A stretch of 64,000 bases of DNA from a virus (Duplodnaviria > Caudoviricetes), in the IMG/VR virus record IMGVR_UViG_3300032332_002377. The stretch is one strand, 5' to 3'. Under the pieces are notes generated by a model, which saw only the letters and a program-made list of their open reading frames with translations, made no database searches and was not told the origin of the DNA. Positions 27,097 to 35,911 of the stretch are shown here, in pieces. Each line of letters opens with the position of its first letter. Within the stretch, counting starts at the first letter, position 1. A program made the position numbers and the translations under genes.

Positions 27097-27528
27097 ATGA
27101 GATTTCTTCAAAAGCTTAATGAATATGTTGTTTCTTTAGAGCAAGATGAGCAGTCAATTAACACGCAAGCAGCTCCTGCAGAGCCAGCTCCTAAAACTAA
27201 GAAAGAAATACAGAAAGTTGATGTTGCTCCAGAGGGTTATACTGAGATGGTTAGGCTAATGGCAAAAGCATTAGTAATGAATGTTCCTCCGGAGGCTATT
27301 GATGATCTATTTACTACAAAAGTAACAGGTGAGAACGTTGAAGCTATAAGAGAAGGGTTAGAAGATTTAATTAACACATCATCCAATTATCAAGACAATC
27401 CCGAAAGATTAGAAAATCCTCATTTTAAAGCATTCTATAATTCGGTTAATGAGAAAAATTTTTATAAAAAATTTAAAGAAGTTGTTAGCATGATGAAGAA
27501 ATATAGTAACGATATAGATTTTTCTTGA
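27097..27528 (+). CDS. hypothetical late protein, putative head-packaged
   Basis: TAAATA at 27085-27090; MRFLQKLNEYVVSLEQ. Confidence 0.6.
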   Translation: MRFLQKLNEYVVSLEQDEQSINTQAAPAEPAPKTKKEIQKVDVAPEGYTEMVRLMAKALVMNVPPEAIDDLFTTKVTGENVEAIREGLEDLINTSSNYQDNPERLENPHFKAFYNSVNEKNFYKKFKEVVSMMKKYSNDIDFS

Positions 27529-27529
27529 T

Positions 27530-28669
27530 ATGAAAAGGTATAGGCCGTTAGATGAGATTTATGTAAAAGAATCGTGTGGTAAAGTTCTGCCGCCGCTTCC
27601 TAGGCAAATACTTGAGCGTGTAAAAATATCTGTTCAAACTGACACAGGAGAAACAGAAAACTATACAGTTTCAGATTCTTGGTATAATAAAGCTATTAAA
27701 GATAAACTTTCTGTTGGAAGTCAAAATCTTGATACTTACTATGAATTAATACATTTAAGATGTGTTGATGCTGGTATTCTTCCAGCTGGTCATGAAGATA
27801 TAAATGCAAATGAAGTAAAAGTTTTATACAATTATATTCTTTCCATAACGGGTCAAGATAAAATTAATGCATTTTTTGAGAAATTTGTAGATGAAGGTCA
27901 GAAAGCAGCTGCAATATTTGTAAGTGAAATAGATAAGAATGAAAAATTTAATGTATTTGATTTGCTGAGTTCCTTTTATGGTGTAAAATTTGTTTATAGT
28001 GAAGATGTTTTTAAACTAAGGCCATTAGCTGCAGCTCAAAAAACTAGAGGCGCGCCAGGACCAGGAGAGGCTTTTATAGCATTTTTCTTCTTTAGTAAAA
28101 AGCCTGAGGTTGGTGATTTAAGTATACCTGCAGGTAACAAATTTGTTGAAATAGAAATAAAGAAACAAGGTGGTAGAATAGGCAAAGGTCTTAATATAGA
28201 GAGTGGTAAATTAGGAAGACGTCTATATCCAAATCTTAAAACTTTAGACACAAATGTATTAAAGGAATTTGTTGAATTTTATAATTTACAAACAGTGGGC
28301 GACATTCTCCTGGGTAATAAAACATTTCCTGGTATTACAGGAGTTAGAGCTATTCCAAATCAAAACTTAGATCAGAATTTTTTTGAGCAATCATTAGATT
28401 ATTTTGTTAAAGCTTTTAGTAGTTTAGAGGTTTTGCAACAATTTATAGGTGTAATACAAATGAAGAACTATTTTTCAAAAATAAAAGAATTTGATAGTAT
28501 ATTAATTTTTACTGAAACCGGTTTAGCTATAGGATTTAAGAGAGAATATGTGCTGAACAATTCTACTTCTGATGTGGCTAATAACCTGCTTGCTAAGAAA
28601 GTTTATTTAAAAAGAAAGACTGAAGCTGGTATATTATTTGATTCAGATGGCTTCAGAATTGTTATATGA
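27530..28669 (+). CDS. putative PD-(D/E)xK nuclease-fold protein
   Basis: GPGE...VGDL...VEIEIKKQGGR gives an E..D..ExK arrangement. Confidence 0.5.
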   Translation: MKRYRPLDEIYVKESCGKVLPPLPRQILERVKISVQTDTGETENYTVSDSWYNKAIKDKLSVGSQNLDTYYELIHLRCVDAGILPAGHEDINANEVKVLYNYILSITGQDKINAFFEKFVDEGQKAAAIFVSEIDKNEKFNVFDLLSSFYGVKFVYSEDVFKLRPLAAAQKTRGAPGPGEAFIAFFFFSKKPEVGDLSIPAGNKFVEIEIKKQGGRIGKGLNIESGKLGRRLYPNLKTLDTNVLKEFVEFYNLQTVGDILLGNKTFPGITGVRAIPNQNLDQNFFEQSLDYFVKAFSSLEVLQQFIGVIQMKNYFSKIKEFDSILIFTETGLAIGFKREYVLNNSTSDVANNLLAKKVYLKRKTEAGILFDSDGFRIVI

Positions 28670-29901
28670 ACTCATTCAGAGAATATCTCTTATTAGAAGG
28701 TGGAGCTGCTGGGCATATGGCTCATCCTTTTGATCTTCAGAGCATAAAAAGAGGTACTGACTTGATTCAATTTTTTAAAGCAGCTGTAAAGAGTGTTGAG
28801 AGTCAGAAAACTGCAGTTAAGTTTGATGGTCTTAATGCTAGTGTTAAGATCATAAAGAATGAAGATGGCAGGTATGAATATGCTCTTGATAGAGGCAGTG
28901 CAAAAGAAATAGATATAAAAGGTATTACGCAGGCTAATCTTGAGCAAAGATTTGAGAAAGGACATGGTATGATAGATGTTGTTAATTTTATACTGCCTAT
29001 TTTAAATAGTACTATTGATGTTACAAGTGAAGAAATAAAAAAATTAAACTTACTTAAGCCAGGTGTTTTTCTTAATATTGAGTATATTACCAAGCAAACT
29101 AACGTTACACAGTATGATAGAAATATGGTTGTTATACATGGTATAAATCAATTTATTCCGCGTATTGGTAAGAATAACAGAATATTAAGCAGATCTGCTG
29201 TTGAAATACCTTATAATAAAAATGTTTTAAACGAGTTTGTTAAAAAAATTAAGCCAGTATTTGCGCAACATGATTTTGAAGTGTTTGGTCCTACAGGTAC
29301 AAAATTTGATAAAAAACCAAATTTTGAATCAATTTTAAACAAACCTTTCGGTATTGCGTTTACTGAAACTGATACAGAAACAAGAACTCTCGGTAATTGG
29401 CTCAAGACAGCAAGAAATCCAAAAAATATTTTAATAAAAAATATTCAAGGTAAAAAAGTACCTGCTATGTCAAAGAATTATTATCAATATGTACTAGGTG
29501 GGTCACCTATCAGTAAGCTTGTGGGTGAAGATAAAGCAGCACAAAAATCTGTTGCTGATGGAGCAATCTTTTACCAAGCTACAAGATTGCTTGGTAATGA
29601 GTTGTTGAACTCTCTCTCCTCAGAAGCAGGTGAACTCAAGCAACATGAGGGTATAGTTATAAGAGATAATAGACTTTCTACTGTACCTGTAAAAATAACG
29701 GGAGAATTTATCTTGAAAGGATTAGCTAGTCCTTTCAAGAAATCAGAGGATGATGAAGATTTGGAAAATACTACAGGTGTATCAGGTTTAATTGGGTCAT
29801 TAAATTACGCTAACACGACAGGTGATTATATGAATAATAAGAGCAAGTATAGATTGCCTCCTTATGATGCACCGCCAAATCCAGGAGCTTATACAGGATG
29901 A
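28666..29901 (+). CDS. ligase-superfamily nucleotidyltransferase-like protein (DUF6267-like)
   Basis: GGAAGHMAHPFD; VKFDG (motif I KxDG), NIEY, HEGIVIR (motif IV), VKITG (motif V). Confidence 0.6.
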   Translation: MNSFREYLLLEGGAAGHMAHPFDLQSIKRGTDLIQFFKAAVKSVESQKTAVKFDGLNASVKIIKNEDGRYEYALDRGSAKEIDIKGITQANLEQRFEKGHGMIDVVNFILPILNSTIDVTSEEIKKLNLLKPGVFLNIEYITKQTNVTQYDRNMVVIHGINQFIPRIGKNNRILSRSAVEIPYNKNVLNEFVKKIKPVFAQHDFEVFGPTGTKFDKKPNFESILNKPFGIAFTETDTETRTLGNWLKTARNPKNILIKNIQGKKVPAMSKNYYQYVLGGSPISKLVGEDKAAQKSVADGAIFYQATRLLGNELLNSLSSEAGELKQHEGIVIRDNRLSTVPVKITGEFILKGLASPFKKSEDDEDLENTTGVSGLIGSLNYANTTGDYMNNKSKYRLPPYDAPPNPGAYTG

Positions 29902-30452
29902 AATTTAGTGAGTATTATCTTTATCTAGAGCAGGCCGCAAAATCACTTGTTATACTTCCTGGTGGATTTAAGCCGCCACATAAAGGTCATTTTGAAGCAT
30001 TAAAGTATTTGTTGAAAAATTCTAATGCAAATAATGCTATAGTATTTATAGGTAAAAAAGATAGAGATGGTATTACTCAGGAACAGTCTCTAAAGATATG
30101 GGATATATATAAAAAGTATATACCAGCAAATATAGAGATTATTGCTGTAACAGGAGCAGATAAAGCAGGTAGAGAGGCAACACCATTGAGCATGACTTAT
30201 GATTTTATTGAGGACAATAAGAATAATTATGCTGGGTTTTTTGTTGGCGCAGGACAAGAGGATATGAATAGGTTTAAAGGATTAGAGAAAGATCAACAAA
30301 AATATCCTAATACAAAGATCATAGCTATACCGCCTCAATTTAATAGAATTTCTGGTACAGAAACAAGAAACAAATTGAAAGGAGGTATTTTAGATTTTAT
30401 ACCTCAAGAAGTAAAAGAAAAAGAAGAAATTAAATCTATTCTAAAAGCTTAA
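29898..30452 (+). CDS. HIGH-superfamily (cytidylyltransferase-like) nucleotidyltransferase
   Basis: PGGFKPPHKGH and ISGTETR. Confidence 0.8.
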   Translation: MKFSEYYLYLEQAAKSLVILPGGFKPPHKGHFEALKYLLKNSNANNAIVFIGKKDRDGITQEQSLKIWDIYKKYIPANIEIIAVTGADKAGREATPLSMTYDFIEDNKNNYAGFFVGAGQEDMNRFKGLEKDQQKYPNTKIIAIPPQFNRISGTETRNKLKGGILDFIPQEVKEKEEIKSILKA

Positions 30453-31161
30453 TAACTTCAGCAAAAATCTGTTGTTTTGTTTCTTTAGATTCTTTGCTAA
30501 GAACACCTTTTAAAGCTTCAATCAAGTCACTACCGCCTCTGTTGAGAGCATTGTATAGATCAATTTCAGTTTCTTCATATAGGCCGCCCATGCTCTGAAC
30601 ACTCTTCTTGAAGTCCTCAAAATCTTTATACCCAAATACAGAATTAAGATTGTCGTGAGCTTTGCTTATTTTATCAAGAACCCAAGCTTCAACTTTTGCA
30701 TCACAACCTGCTTTTACCATGAGACTATAAATCATTGTTGAAAGCTTGAAAATGCGATAGACCAGCTGTTTTGCCATATATGTATCGCTATCTGTATCCT
30801 CAGCCTCCATACCACATACACCGCCACACTCTTCACAATCCTCATCGTTCTTTCGATTTGCTACACAAGCCTGACATTTATTACATTTGCAGTTGCCGCC
30901 TTTTGCAGCACAAACTGTATTAATTTCTTCGTCTTCAACAGGCGTGATGGTAGGTCCTTTAGGATTAGGTGTACCAGGCTTGTTGATTGGTGTTGTGACT
31001 AGAACTTTTTGACCCTTTTGAGGTAATTTAACGTTCTGAAGTTTGTCTGGACTTAAGCCTGCGCCAGATGCGTTATCACCCTGAATGCCCATGGAACCAG
31101 TAAATTCATTTATTTTATGTTTATATGCTTCATTAAGCTGCTCAAAGTCTCTTCTAAACAT
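30436..31161 (-). CDS. hypothetical late protein with Cys-rich segment
   Basis: TAAATA-N5-ATG; CKCNKCQAC, CEECGGVC; VEAWVLDKISKA. Confidence 0.6.
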   Translation of the reverse strand: MFRRDFEQLNEAYKHKINEFTGSMGIQGDNASGAGLSPDKLQNVKLPQKGQKVLVTTPINKPGTPNPKGPTITPVEDEEINTVCAAKGGNCKCNKCQACVANRKNDEDCEECGGVCGMEAEDTDSDTYMAKQLVYRIFKLSTMIYSLMVKAGCDAKVEAWVLDKISKAHDNLNSVFGYKDFEDFKKSVQSMGGLYEETEIDLYNALNRGGSDLIEALKGVLSKESKETKQQIFAEVIKLLE

Positions 31162-31166
31162 ATAAT

Positions 31167-31189
31167 TATTTATTAATAATACCTAAATA
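31167..31189. promoter_or_regulatory. back-to-back late promoters
   Basis: TATTTA 31167-31172 (minus) and TAAATA 31184-31189 (plus), each 5 nt from ATG. Confidence 0.65.
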
Positions 31190-31194
31190 ATATT

Positions 31195-31485
31195 ATGACA
31201 TTATTTGAGAAAGCTTTTTTAAATTTGCTGAATAATGATATTATTAATGAAAATAAGGGTCATAGGTGTACAAAGGTCACAGGGCAGATGTCATCTACAA
31301 GATCTGATAAAAAGTATATGAGATGTGCTAGAGTTAACGGTAAGCTGAAGAGAGTACATTACGGTGATCCAAATTTAAGAATAAAGAAATCCAATTCCAA
31401 GCGCAGAAAAAGTTTCAGAGCTCGTCACAAATGTTCTTCCGCAAAGCCAGGTACACCAAAATACTATAGCTGTAAAAATTGGTAG
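31195..31485 (+). CDS. small basic phage protein (DUF6321/DUF5754-like)
   Basis: VHYGDPNLRIK...RRKSFRARHKC...YYSCKNW. Confidence 0.6.
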   Translation: MTLFEKAFLNLLNNDIINENKGHRCTKVTGQMSSTRSDKKYMRCARVNGKLKRVHYGDPNLRIKKSNSKRRKSFRARHKCSSAKPGTPKYYSCKNW

Positions 31486-31500
31486 AATATAAGTAATATT

Positions 31501-31908
31501 ATGATTAGTTTTCGAGAATTTCATAATAAAAATGTGCTCGGTGTGAGGGAGCAAATACATTTATTGGATCATCCTGAATTAGGAGAAATACCTGTTAAGG
31601 TTGATACAGGCAATGAAGCATACAACGTATTGCATGGTGTAAATATAAAAGATAAAGGCGATCATGTCACCTTTAAATCTGTAAATAACAAAGAATTAAC
31701 TTTACCAAAAATTGATACAGTCACTATTCACATAGGTAGCGGTGTTAAAGAGGAAAGACCGGTAGTAAAGCTAAGCTTTAATATGAATGGTATAGAGTAT
31801 AAAGATGTTCCATTTAGCATAGCCGATAGGTCAGAAAATGAAGAAGCAGTATTGCTGGGAGAACCTTTTCTTAAACAAACAAATTCAGTTGTTGATGTTA
31901 AAAAGTAA
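31501..31908 (+). CDS. retropepsin-like protease of the RimK-associated (RimB/PF05618-like) family
   Basis: VKVDTGN, EERPVV, FSIADRS, VLLG..FL. Confidence 0.75.
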   Translation: MISFREFHNKNVLGVREQIHLLDHPELGEIPVKVDTGNEAYNVLHGVNIKDKGDHVTFKSVNNKELTLPKIDTVTIHIGSGVKEERPVVKLSFNMNGIEYKDVPFSIADRSENEEAVLLGEPFLKQTNSVVDVKK

Positions 31909-32223
31909 GTTATTAAAACCTATAGCATTCAATACATTTTTAAGATTAAAATGATCAATCTTATTAGTAATAAAAATAGTAGGTGCATAGTGTAATTCAC
32001 TGTCTATTCTTAGCCCCTTCTCTTCGCCAATGTTTAAAATATCGTCTATAAAGTCCATTGCACCAAAAGTTTTCAGATATTTCCAATAAAAGTCTTTTTG
32101 TTCACATTCTATAAAAACTTCAAGATGAATTGCTTTTTTTGCAATTAGAGTTAGCTCTCTGAAGCAAGTTATGGAGGTAGGTGGGTTTATAATATCGCCG
32201 TTAATAATCAGCGAATGACTCAC
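31885..32223 (-). CDS. hypothetical late protein
   Basis: TAAATA-N5-GTG; 112 aa. Confidence 0.55.
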   Translation of the reverse strand: MSHSLIINGDIINPPTSITCFRELTLIAKKAIHLEVFIECEQKDFYWKYLKTFGAMDFIDDILNIGEEKGLRIDSELHYAPTIFITNKIDHFNLKNVLNAIGFNNLLFNINN

Positions 32224-32254
32224 ATAATTATTTAGTCAGATTCTATATGAGTTT

Positions 32255-32896
32255 TTAGTTTTGCGCAAATTCAACAAACTTATAAAATTCAGCTCTAGAG
32301 TTGTCATTATTATCTAAAAATGCACCAGACATTCTAGCAGTACGCATTGTAGAATCATGGCGTATACCACGGTTAGAGCAGCAGGTGTGATTTGCTTCAA
32401 TCATTACTGCAACACCATTATTTTTCTCGCAAACTTTATCTACATGTGCATGAATTTGCATTGTAAGGTTCTCTTGCACCTGAGGTCGACGAGCAAACCA
32501 ATCCACAATACGATTGAGCTTACTTAGACCAATAACTTTACCTTCTTTAGAAGGTATATATGCAACATGTGCAACGCCTGTAAAGGGTGCATGATGATGA
32601 GAGCAAAGTGATGTTAATTTAATATTATTTTGACACACCATGCCGTCGTATTGATCAATATTATCAAAAGCTGTTATCTTCGGTGGCTTGCTATAGCAAC
32701 CCCATGCAAAATCTTCTACAAAAGCCTTAGCAACACGGTGTGGTGTATTGTCACTATTTGGATCGTTTCTCCAGTCATATCCTAGTGCATCCATATAAGC
32801 CTCATAAGCTTTTGAGGCTCTTTCAATTATTTGCTCTCTTTCTTCTTGAGAATGGGGGTGATTATGATTAGCGAAAGCGAGTTTTACTTTAGACAT
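32255..32896 (-). CDS. folE: GTP cyclohydrolase I
   Basis: TPHRVAK, SLCSHH, GLSKLNR, RRPQVQE, HTCC..RG; start reassigned to ATG 32896 (TTGAAA-N16-TATAAT, 7 nt upstream). Confidence 0.95.
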   Translation of the reverse strand: MSKVKLAFANHNHPHSQEEREQIIERASKAYEAYMDALGYDWRNDPNSDNTPHRVAKAFVEDFAWGCYSKPPKITAFDNIDQYDGMVCQNNIKLTSLCSHHHAPFTGVAHVAYIPSKEGKVIGLSKLNRIVDWFARRPQVQENLTMQIHAHVDKVCEKNNGVAVMIEANHTCCSNRGIRHDSTMRTARMSGAFLDNNDNSRAEFYKFVEFAQN

Positions 32897-32944
32897 ATGT
32901 GTTATTATATGATAAGAGTTAGCAGTTTCAACATAAATATTAAT

Positions 32945-33379
32945 ATGGGATTTCATACCAGAATAGACGAATCTCTAAGAACAACAAATCTTAGAAGAAT
33001 AAGAATAAAGACTGATCCTTCAAAAGTAGCAAACAACGAAGACTTTAAAAATGTTGAAGGCTATGAAGGCTATATTCTAGGTGAGTGCAGGGGCATGTTG
33101 AAGGTATTGGTTTTAGCACCAGATATGCCTATTATGGATATACCTCCAGAAGTGCTTGAACATATATATGATGATCAAGTGGGTGATGTTCTAAGTGAAT
33201 TTAAAAACTATGCTAAAGAATATCTCATTAAAAATAAAAATAAGAAACAAAATGATCCGGTTTTTGTTAATATAGATAATTCTTCTGAATATAATGAAAT
33301 TGAATCATTTTTAAAACAGGGTGGTGTTAGTGATGAAGAATTAAGTAAAATATATAGGGAGTTTATAGAACGTGAGTAA
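32945..33379 (+). CDS. hypothetical late protein
   Basis: TAAATA at 32934-32939, 5 nt before ATG 32945 ([11 protein letters not shown]). Confidence 0.6.
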   Translation: MGFHTRIDESLRTTNLRRIRIKTDPSKVANNEDFKNVEGYEGYILGECRGMLKVLVLAPDMPIMDIPPEVLEHIYDDQVGDVLSEFKNYAKEYLIKNKNKKQNDPVFVNIDNSSEYNEIESFLKQGGVSDEELSKIYREFIERE

Positions 33380-33890
33380 ATTTGATAATTTATATAATGC
33401 ATTAGTTTCTGAGGCACCTCTAAGAGACTATATCAAAGCAGCAAAAATAAGAACTGGTGCAGATAAAGCAGGGTTTAAAACTGGTCTGCTTGGAAAAGCT
33501 GTAGCAGGGTTGGGTGGTGTTGCTAGCAAAGCAGTAGGAGCAGTGGGGCATAGCTTGGGAGTTCAGGGCAAGAGTTTTCCAGGAACAAACGCACTGCAGG
33601 CAGGTATATCCAAGACAGCGGGTGCTATTGGCGGCGGTTTACAAGCTGCAGCAGATGTGAGAAGAACTGCACAAGATTTAAATAAACAAAGAATGCAGGG
33701 CTATACAGCAGCACCACAATCTTATCTAACAGTTTCACGCGATCAAATACCTGCAGGTAATTATAGACAAAATGATATAGTTTTCTTTAATGATCAGAAT
33801 GGTAAGAAAATGAGAGGCAAATTCGGTGGTGCAGCCCAAGATGCACAACATAAAGATGTAGCAATAATACTTGATCCAGAATATGCTTAA
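33372..33890 (+). CDS. Gly/Ala-rich hypothetical protein, putative head-packaged
   Basis: [15 protein letters not shown] leader; Gly/Ala-rich amphipathic middle. Confidence 0.6.
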   Translation: MSKFDNLYNALVSEAPLRDYIKAAKIRTGADKAGFKTGLLGKAVAGLGGVASKAVGAVGHSLGVQGKSFPGTNALQAGISKTAGAIGGGLQAAADVRRTAQDLNKQRMQGYTAAPQSYLTVSRDQIPAGNYRQNDIVFFNDQNGKKMRGKFGGAAQDAQHKDVAIILDPEYA

Positions 33891-33904
33891 ATATAAATAT
33901 TAAT

Positions 33905-34123
33905 ATGCCTTTAAAATCTGGAAAATCTAATATTGGTAAGAATGTTGGTGAGCTAATGCGTGCTTATAAGCAAAAGGGTAAAATAGGTGCATCTCACCCA
34001 AAGACCAAGAAAGCAGCGCAGAAACAAGCTGTAGCAATTGCTTTATCTAAAGCAAAAGAAAGTTTTGAAGACAAAGTCAATAGAATTCTGGCAGAAATTA
34101 ATAATCTAAAAAATAACAGTTGA
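33905..34123 (+). CDS. small basic protein (DUF6496-like)
   Basis: MPLKSGKS...KQAVAIALSKA; TATAAATA at 33892-33899. Confidence 0.6.
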   Translation: MPLKSGKSNIGKNVGELMRAYKQKGKIGASHPKTKKAAQKQAVAIALSKAKESFEDKVNRILAEINNLKNNS

Positions 34124-34218
34124 TTTTTCAATTTTTCTTATTATAATATAAATAGGTATAGAAAAGAATCTCTTTGCAAATTAAGCTTAGTTGATTTTTT
34201 ATTAAACCAGGTTATTAT
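34120..34218 (+). promoter_or_regulatory. promoter cluster upstream of queD
   Basis: TTGATT-N16-TATAAT (34120-34147), TATAAATA (34147-34154), TTGATT-N16-TATTAT (34191-34218). Confidence 0.6.
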
Positions 34219-34224
34219 AAGAAT

Positions 34225-34938
34225 ATGAAATTTGAGAGTACAAAAGTAATAGAGTTAGGCTCATGCGCATTTAGACAGTGGAGAGCAGATAGTCATTGCA
34301 AGTTTATACATGGATACAGATTGGTTGGTAAATTTTGGTTTGAATGCAGTACACTGGATGACAGAAATTGGGTTGTTGATTTTGGTGGATTAAAGGAGCT
34401 TAAACAGGTACTAGAAAAACAGTTTGATCACACATTATGTATTGCTAGTGATGACCCGCTTTTGAATAATTTTAAACAATTACATGAATTAGGAGCAGTA
34501 GATCTAAGAGTTATGCCTAGAGGAGTTGGTATCGAGAGAACAGCAGAATGGTGTTTTGATGTTGCTGATGCTCATGTGAGAGGCATTACAAAAAATAGAT
34601 GTTGGGTTAGCAGGGTTGAAGTATGGGAGCATGATAAAAATTCAGCAATTGCTAGCCTAGATTATGTACCAATTCCTAGCGATTTTAATCCTTATGCATC
34701 TGATAAACATGTAAAGACCAATTCAACCATTACACCTGCACTCGAGCCAGTCAATGCAACAAATGCAGGTATTAATGTAGCTACAGTAGTTGCAGCAGCT
34801 GCACCTGAAACAATTACCTCTACTGGTGGTCAAATTGAAAATATTCCTTTAAAGAAAGAGATCAAGGGTGCTCCAGTAGGTAATAAGGTAACTAAGGGTT
34901 GGTCAAACCCGTTTGAAGGCACTAGCTGGGGTAGATGA
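34225..34938 (+). CDS. queD: 6-carboxytetrahydropterin synthase with C-terminal extension
   Basis: SHCKFIHGY, VVDFGGLK, FDH, ERTA, VWE..KNSA. Confidence 0.88.
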   Translation: MKFESTKVIELGSCAFRQWRADSHCKFIHGYRLVGKFWFECSTLDDRNWVVDFGGLKELKQVLEKQFDHTLCIASDDPLLNNFKQLHELGAVDLRVMPRGVGIERTAEWCFDVADAHVRGITKNRCWVSRVEVWEHDKNSAIASLDYVPIPSDFNPYASDKHVKTNSTITPALEPVNATNAGINVATVVAAAAPETITSTGGQIENIPLKKEIKGAPVGNKVTKGWSNPFEGTSWGR

Positions 34939-35123
34939 ATCCAGAGATAAGACAACAACTCTATGGCGGCGAGATAGCCGATTATTATCCCTGTAAAGAC
35001 AAAAATATTTCACCTGAAAAAGACAATAGAAACATTGGCAATATATATCAGCAGATTCTTAATAAAAATAATCCCTTGAATCTGCCTAGTGTTCTCAAGA
35101 ACAAAATTACAATTGTTAAGTAA
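34935..35123 (+). CDS. small hypothetical protein
   Basis: 62 aa; ATGA overlap with queD. Confidence 0.45.
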   Translation: MNPEIRQQLYGGEIADYYPCKDKNISPEKDNRNIGNIYQQILNKNNPLNLPSVLKNKITIVK

Positions 35124-35126
35124 ATA

Positions 35127-35864
35127 TTATTTCTTAATACTCGCTATAACTTTAACTATAAACTTTAACAATTTACTGCGTGTAATATCTTCTTCTGTAA
35201 AATGAAAAGCATTAATTCCTTGATTATGGCTCTGTTCGGTATCAAAAGCTTTCATTATTTTTTCAAAACCTGATTTTTGAATATCTGATTGCAAGGAATC
35301 ACCTATTATAAATAGCTTACAATTTTTACCAAATCTTGTTAAAATTGTTACAAGCTCACTATGTTCAAGGTTTTGTGCTTCATCTACTATAACAACGTTG
35401 TTCGTAAATGTTGCTCCGCGTAAAAAATTAACTGGTATGCTCTTCAAGTAATCACTTTCAAAAAGCATTTCTGTTATTTGTTTTCCTACCAATTCATCAC
35501 ATTTCTCTATTAAAGGTATACTCCAAGGTTTAAACTTTTCATCCACCTCACCCGGGAGACTGCCTAATTTTCTTGTTGCCGATTCAACAATACTACGTAT
35601 ATAGACAATTTCATCTATCTTCTTATCTCTTAGCATTGTAAGAGCTACATATACAGCAAGATATGTCTTTGATGAACCTGCAGGACCATCGCAGAAAAGA
35701 ATTTGCGATGCATCATCCATTGCTTTCTCTACAAAAGCTTTATGATGATCATTTAAATGAAACTTCTGATCAATTTTAAAATTGAGAAAAATATCATTCC
35801 GTATGATACCATTCTCATCTTTAGCTTTGGCAGCTTTTTTGAGCTGTCTGTCTTTCTTAGACAT
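35127..35864 (-). CDS. phoH: PhoH-family ATPase
   Basis: GPAGSSKT, LGSLPG...EK, FLRGATF, VDEAQN, LTR.G, GD..QSD. Confidence 0.93.
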   Translation of the reverse strand: MSKKDRQLKKAAKAKDENGIIRNDIFLNFKIDQKFHLNDHHKAFVEKAMDDASQILFCDGPAGSSKTYLAVYVALTMLRDKKIDEIVYIRSIVESATRKLGSLPGEVDEKFKPWSIPLIEKCDELVGKQITEMLFESDYLKSIPVNFLRGATFTNNVVIVDEAQNLEHSELVTILTRFGKNCKLFIIGDSLQSDIQKSGFEKIMKAFDTEQSHNQGINAFHFTEEDITRSKLLKFIVKVIASIKK

Positions 35865-35911
35865 CTAATAATATTTATTGGATTTCTATCTTTTTTACGT
35901 ATAATAATGAT

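Noticed and set aside
29898-30452. NARP-type NAD reconstitution pathway
   Set aside because: No Nampt/Namat or PRPP-synthetase-like partner in the window; the HIGH motif alone does not fix the substrate
32831-32956. Apparent 126-nt head-to-head overlap of folE and the downstream plus-strand ORF
   Set aside because: Artefact of longest-ORF starts; promoter-supported starts are 32896(-) and 32945(+)
34154-34224. PreQ1 riboswitch upstream of queD
   Set aside because: No P1 stem with the characteristic loop and no AAAAAAC-type 3' tail recognisable
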